Shown here one piece after another: positions 60,294 to 64,000 of a DNA stretch of 64,000 nt. The stretch comes from Macrostomum lignano (lineage: Eukaryota): assembly GCA_002269645.1 (NCBI GenBank), contig NIVC01002130.1:1-64000 (forward strand), read 5' to 3'. The notes under the pieces were generated by a model that was not told where the DNA came from, did no database searches, and worked only from the letters and a program-made list of their open reading frames with translations. The first letter of the stretch is position 1. Every line of letters begins with the position of its first letter. The position numbers and the translations under genes are program-made.

Positions 60294-62026
60294 TCCTCAC
60301 CATTAATGCCGAAGCTGATGAAGGCGTCAGCAATCAGCAGCAGCAACAGGAGCAGCAGCCTGTCGCAGTCCCCGAGCCGCCATCGGACGCATCTCCGCCA
60401 GCTGTCGCTGCCGAGCTGCCCGAAGAAGACTGCAATAATTCGTCAATCGCTTCGTCGCCATTGTCAACATCGAGCGACATTTCGCCGGCCCCGGCCAGCA
60501 GTAATGATGAGGCCGCGAATAGCGCTGCCGGCGAAGGCTTGGCTACTACTGAGCCTAACTTAACCGCGTCGCCGAAAACTGCCCCTAACAGCGACGCATT
60601 ATTGTCGACTGAAGCTGCTCCTAGCTCTAGTGACGCTCCTAGTGACGAGGCAACCGCTGGTCAGCCAGGGTCCGTGCAGCCGCAGCGGCGCGAGCGCAAG
60701 CGCCTGTTGCCGCCTAGCAGTAGCGGCGGCGTCGGGGACGGTCGGTCTCCCCGGCACTCATTTCCGCTAGCCGATCCAAATACGGTGTTTATCGACCTGA
60801 CTGGCGAGTCTAGCAACGATGATGACGAAGGCGAAGCTGACAACAGCGGTTGCAGTAAGGCTGAGACTAACAAAACTGTAAGCGATAATAATAATAATAA
60901 TAGAGGCTCCGCTGAGGTGCAACAAAATCAGCAGCAGATCCCGTCAACATCTGGCAGTGTAACACAAGCCAGTGCGGACCTACGCCAGATAATAAATAAG
61001 CAGCGGCAGCTTAAGCGTCGCCAAGCAGAAATTCTTCATGGGCCTCGACGCCATTCGTTGACCAGCTCTGCACCTGCTGCCGCCACCGCTGCGCCAGCTG
61101 GTCGTGGTGCTGGTGGCGCCGTTTTCAGTTCCGGCGCCGCATGTAGATTTCAGTGCCCGCCATGGAAGCAGGTCCAGCAGCAGCAGAAGAATGCTTTTAT
61201 TGTCCGACCGCATGGAGGTGCCATGCTGCCACAGCAGCAGCATCGGCCGCCGTGGCGCCAGCCGTATCATCCTCAGCAGCAGCAGCCACCACAGATGCGC
61301 CAGCTGCATCCTCAGCATTCTCAGCAGCAGCAGCCGCCACAGATGCGCCAGCTGCATCCTCAGCATTCTCAGCAGCAGCAGCCGCCACAGATGCGCCAGC
61401 TGCATCCTCAGCATCCTCAGCAGCAGCAGCCACCACAGATGCGCCAGCTGCATCCTCAGCATTCTCAGCAGCAGCAGCCGCCACAGATGCGCCAGCTGCA
61501 TCCTCAGCATCCTCAGCAGCAGCATCAGCACCATCAACAGCAGCAGCCGCTGTCAATCGGGCAAGTTGGCAGCGCCATTGCCAACCGTCATTATTATAAT
61601 TATGACTCAGGCGCCGACGCTGACGATGAGCTGCCGTGGGGTCGACCGGCTCCCCAACCGATTGCCGCCACTGCTATAGAGCCTGTTAACAGCCTGCTGG
61701 CTTCTCGACCGCGTCAGCAGCCGCAGCAGCAGCCGCAGCATCGTGTCGCTGATCGTCGCTGGTGCAGCGGAGCCGGCGCCAACTACGCGGCCGCCGAGGC
61801 GATGCGTCATCATCTGGCCGCTGATGTGCCCGCCGTTGCATCGGCGGCTGCGGTGGCGGCTCCGACATCGTCGAGTTTCGAACGGACCGGACAAGGCCCG
61901 ACGTTGCCGTTCAACATCGGCTATCCAAGCAGCAGCGGCCGTACCAGCGTCCGGATTGAGAACTGCCCGGACGGCATCACTGAGCAGGACTTGGCCACGC
62001 TGACAGACCCGCTTGGACCCGTCTGC
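60294..62026 (+). CDS. RBM33-like protein, large low-complexity (Q/P/S/A) exon and start of the RRM
   Basis: Acceptor tttctag in phase 1, open through the 546-aa ORF. RNP2-like VRIENC. Donor TGC|GTGAGT. Confidence 0.85.
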
Positions 62027-62121
62027 GTGAGTTCCGCTGGCTCATCGTTATTTTTTTATTTACGCTTCTATTTTTTTAATTGTTTCATTTTTCACTGTTA
62101 ACCTATCCTTACTACTTGCAG

Positions 62122-62210
62122 GAGTACCGACTAGTGCCCAGCACTTATAAGGCGTTTGTTAAATTTTATAACGAACAACAAGCCGCCGAGTTTGTGAAGC
62201 GTTATAACAG
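62122..62210 (+). CDS. RBM33-like protein, RRM exon (EYRLVPSTYKAFVKFYNEQQAAEFVKRYNR)
   Basis: Acceptor cttgcag in phase 0, RNP1-like KAFVKF. Non-canonical donor AG|GCAAGT. Confidence 0.8.
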
Positions 62211-62244
62211 GCAAGTTTATTATTGCTTCATAGAATGTGCCGAT

Positions 62245-62930
62245 TTGATTGACTGAGTGCCGATATGTATCGAAAAATGCATATTTTCAGCATAACTACA
62301 TGATACTTAATTAAATATACGAGTGTCGCTACTTTGTTTGATTAGGCGCCGATATGTATCGAAAAATGTAAAACATTTCAGTATTGGGATGCTACTACAG
62401 TCGGTGTTCAGCTACCCTGTTTATTAGACGCCGATATGTATCGAAAATGTAACATTTCAGTATTGGGGATGCTACTAAAATCCGAGTGTTGCTAATCTGT
62501 TTGATTAGGCGCCGATATGTATCGAAAATGTAACATTTCAGTATTGGGGATGCTACTAAAATCCGAGTGTTGCTAATCTGTTTGATTAGGCGCCGATATG
62601 CATCGAAAATGTAACATTTCAGTATTAGGGATGCTACTAAAATCCGAGTGTTGCTAATCTGTTTGATTAGGCGCCGCTATGTATCGAAAATGTAACATTT
62701 CAGTATTAGGGATGCTACTAAAATCCGAGTGTTGCTAATCTGTTTGATTAGGCGCCGATATGTATCGAAAATGTAACATTTCAGTATTAGGGATGCTACT
62801 AAAATCCGAGTGTTGCTACTCTGTTTGATTAGGCGCCGATATGTATCGAAAATGTAACATTTCAGTATTAGGGATGCTACTAAAATCCGAGTGTTGCTAC
62901 TCTGTTTGATTAGGCGCCGATATGTATCGA
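62245..62930. repeat. 81-bp intronic minisatellite, about 8 copies
   Basis: ggcgccgata recurs at 62751 and 62832 (period 81). Confidence 0.94.
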
Positions 62931-63067
62931 ACAATTTATCGTTTACCAATTACAAGTTAACTAGTGTCAAAGCCTATAAGCCAAATTACTATAAGCCGAT
63001 AAGTATCGAAAAAGCGTTTTCATCACTTTATTATCAAACTAATCTTTGTTTTCGTGCTTGCTTCCAG

Positions 63068-63113
63068 AAAACCCTACAAAGGCCTCCCGCTCTACATGGC
63101 TCTAACGCAGTGA
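63068..63113 (+). CDS. RBM33-like protein, terminal exon (RKPYKGLPLYMALTQ*)
   Basis: Acceptor tttgttttcgtgcttgcttccag. Phase 2 matches the GC donor and supplies the last RRM beta strand. Confidence 0.7.
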
Positions 63114-63761
63114 TTCCATTGGACTGTCGACTGATTTTAAAATCTCATTGACTACTTCTAGTTTATCTTCTCAAAACATTTTCTGTTTAATTTTCATCAA
63201 AAGTACATCTTCCAGCGTTTTAATTAGTGCATTAAATCATGCTTTTATCTTTTTCCTTAATAGTAACATTAGTATATAATTCTGCTTGTACAATTTAGCC
63301 ATAAATTTGGACCAGTCTGACTTTATAAATTAGCAATTTATTTTACAGTAGCAATAAGAGTCATTAAGACTTCATGTGCTTTTATTTCAAAACTCTACGT
63401 AGCCCTCCCTAACTTATGCGCTTGTATAAAAATATTACCTTTTTCCGATTTAATAAAATGCTTTGCTACTATCTTAAAGGCTTATAATTATGTATAGTTG
63501 ATTACTTTATTCATGAAAGATTGACTTGTAGAAAGACCGCCTTTACAGCTGCGCGCTGCTGCCTTAACAACTGTATGAAAGCTGCTACTGAGGTTGCAAA
63601 TAAATCTCTCTCTCTGACTTCTTATCCCTTACCTGGTTACTAAGTTGGTGTCTTGTTTCTGCTGACGTTTGCCAGTTTGTTCTGTTAGTTAATTTATTGA
63701 ATTTTTATTAGTTTTTATTAGCACTATGTAGGCTTGAATTTTCCAGGTTTTAAGATACGTC

Positions 63762-64000
63762 GTACATATCGGTAGCTAGTCTAGATGAGGATATGCTTTT
63801 TCTATGTTCTTTTAGTGTCTAGATACTTTCAATACATATCGGTAGCTAGTCTAGATGAGGATATGCTTTTTCTATGTTCTTTTAGTGTCTAGATACTTTC
63901 AATACATATCGGTAGCTAGTCTAGATGGGGATCTGCTTTTTCTGTGTTCTTTTAATGCCTTGATACTTTCGATACATATCGGTAGCTAGTCTAGATGGGA
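63762..64000. repeat. 70-bp minisatellite running off the window end
   Basis: ggtagctagt at 63771, 63841, 63911, 63981. Confidence 0.93.

Noticed and set aside
62677-62949. 90-aa ORF with 27-aa repeats
   Set aside because: Antisense translation of the 81-bp intronic satellite.

Overview
Animal (metazoan) genomic DNA with GT-AG introns and a very high density of unrelated mini/microsatellites (about 27 arrays in 64 kb). This is reminiscent of repeat-rich invertebrates such as macrostomid flatworms, but the organism is only an inference. Four protein-coding genes were reconstructed by hand. (1) A KIAA1549/UPF0606-like type I membrane protein on the minus strand (ATG 17612, at least 9 exons down to 2717). 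(2) A two-exon rhodopsin-family peptide GPCR (30515-32410). (3) A single-exon PDE9-like phosphodiesterase (46981-48237). (4) An RBM33-like RRM protein (58341-63113) with a GC-AG intron and an overlapping uORF. Mobile DNA includes a truncated Crypton-type (DUF3504) element, a 2.65-kb TTAA-flanked foldback palindrome, four MITEs, three copies of a tRNA-derived SINE, two tRNA-derived tandem arrays and a LINE RNase H fossil. The most unusual feature is a sharply bounded ~6.3-kb domain (51180-57510) almost devoid of CpG and enriched in TpA. It holds fossil reading frames that look as if CG was converted to TA, a RIP-like signature. Most long ORFs in the supplied track are artefacts of stop-free tandem repeats. 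All counts are manual and approximate, and family assignments come from remembered motifs rather than database searches.
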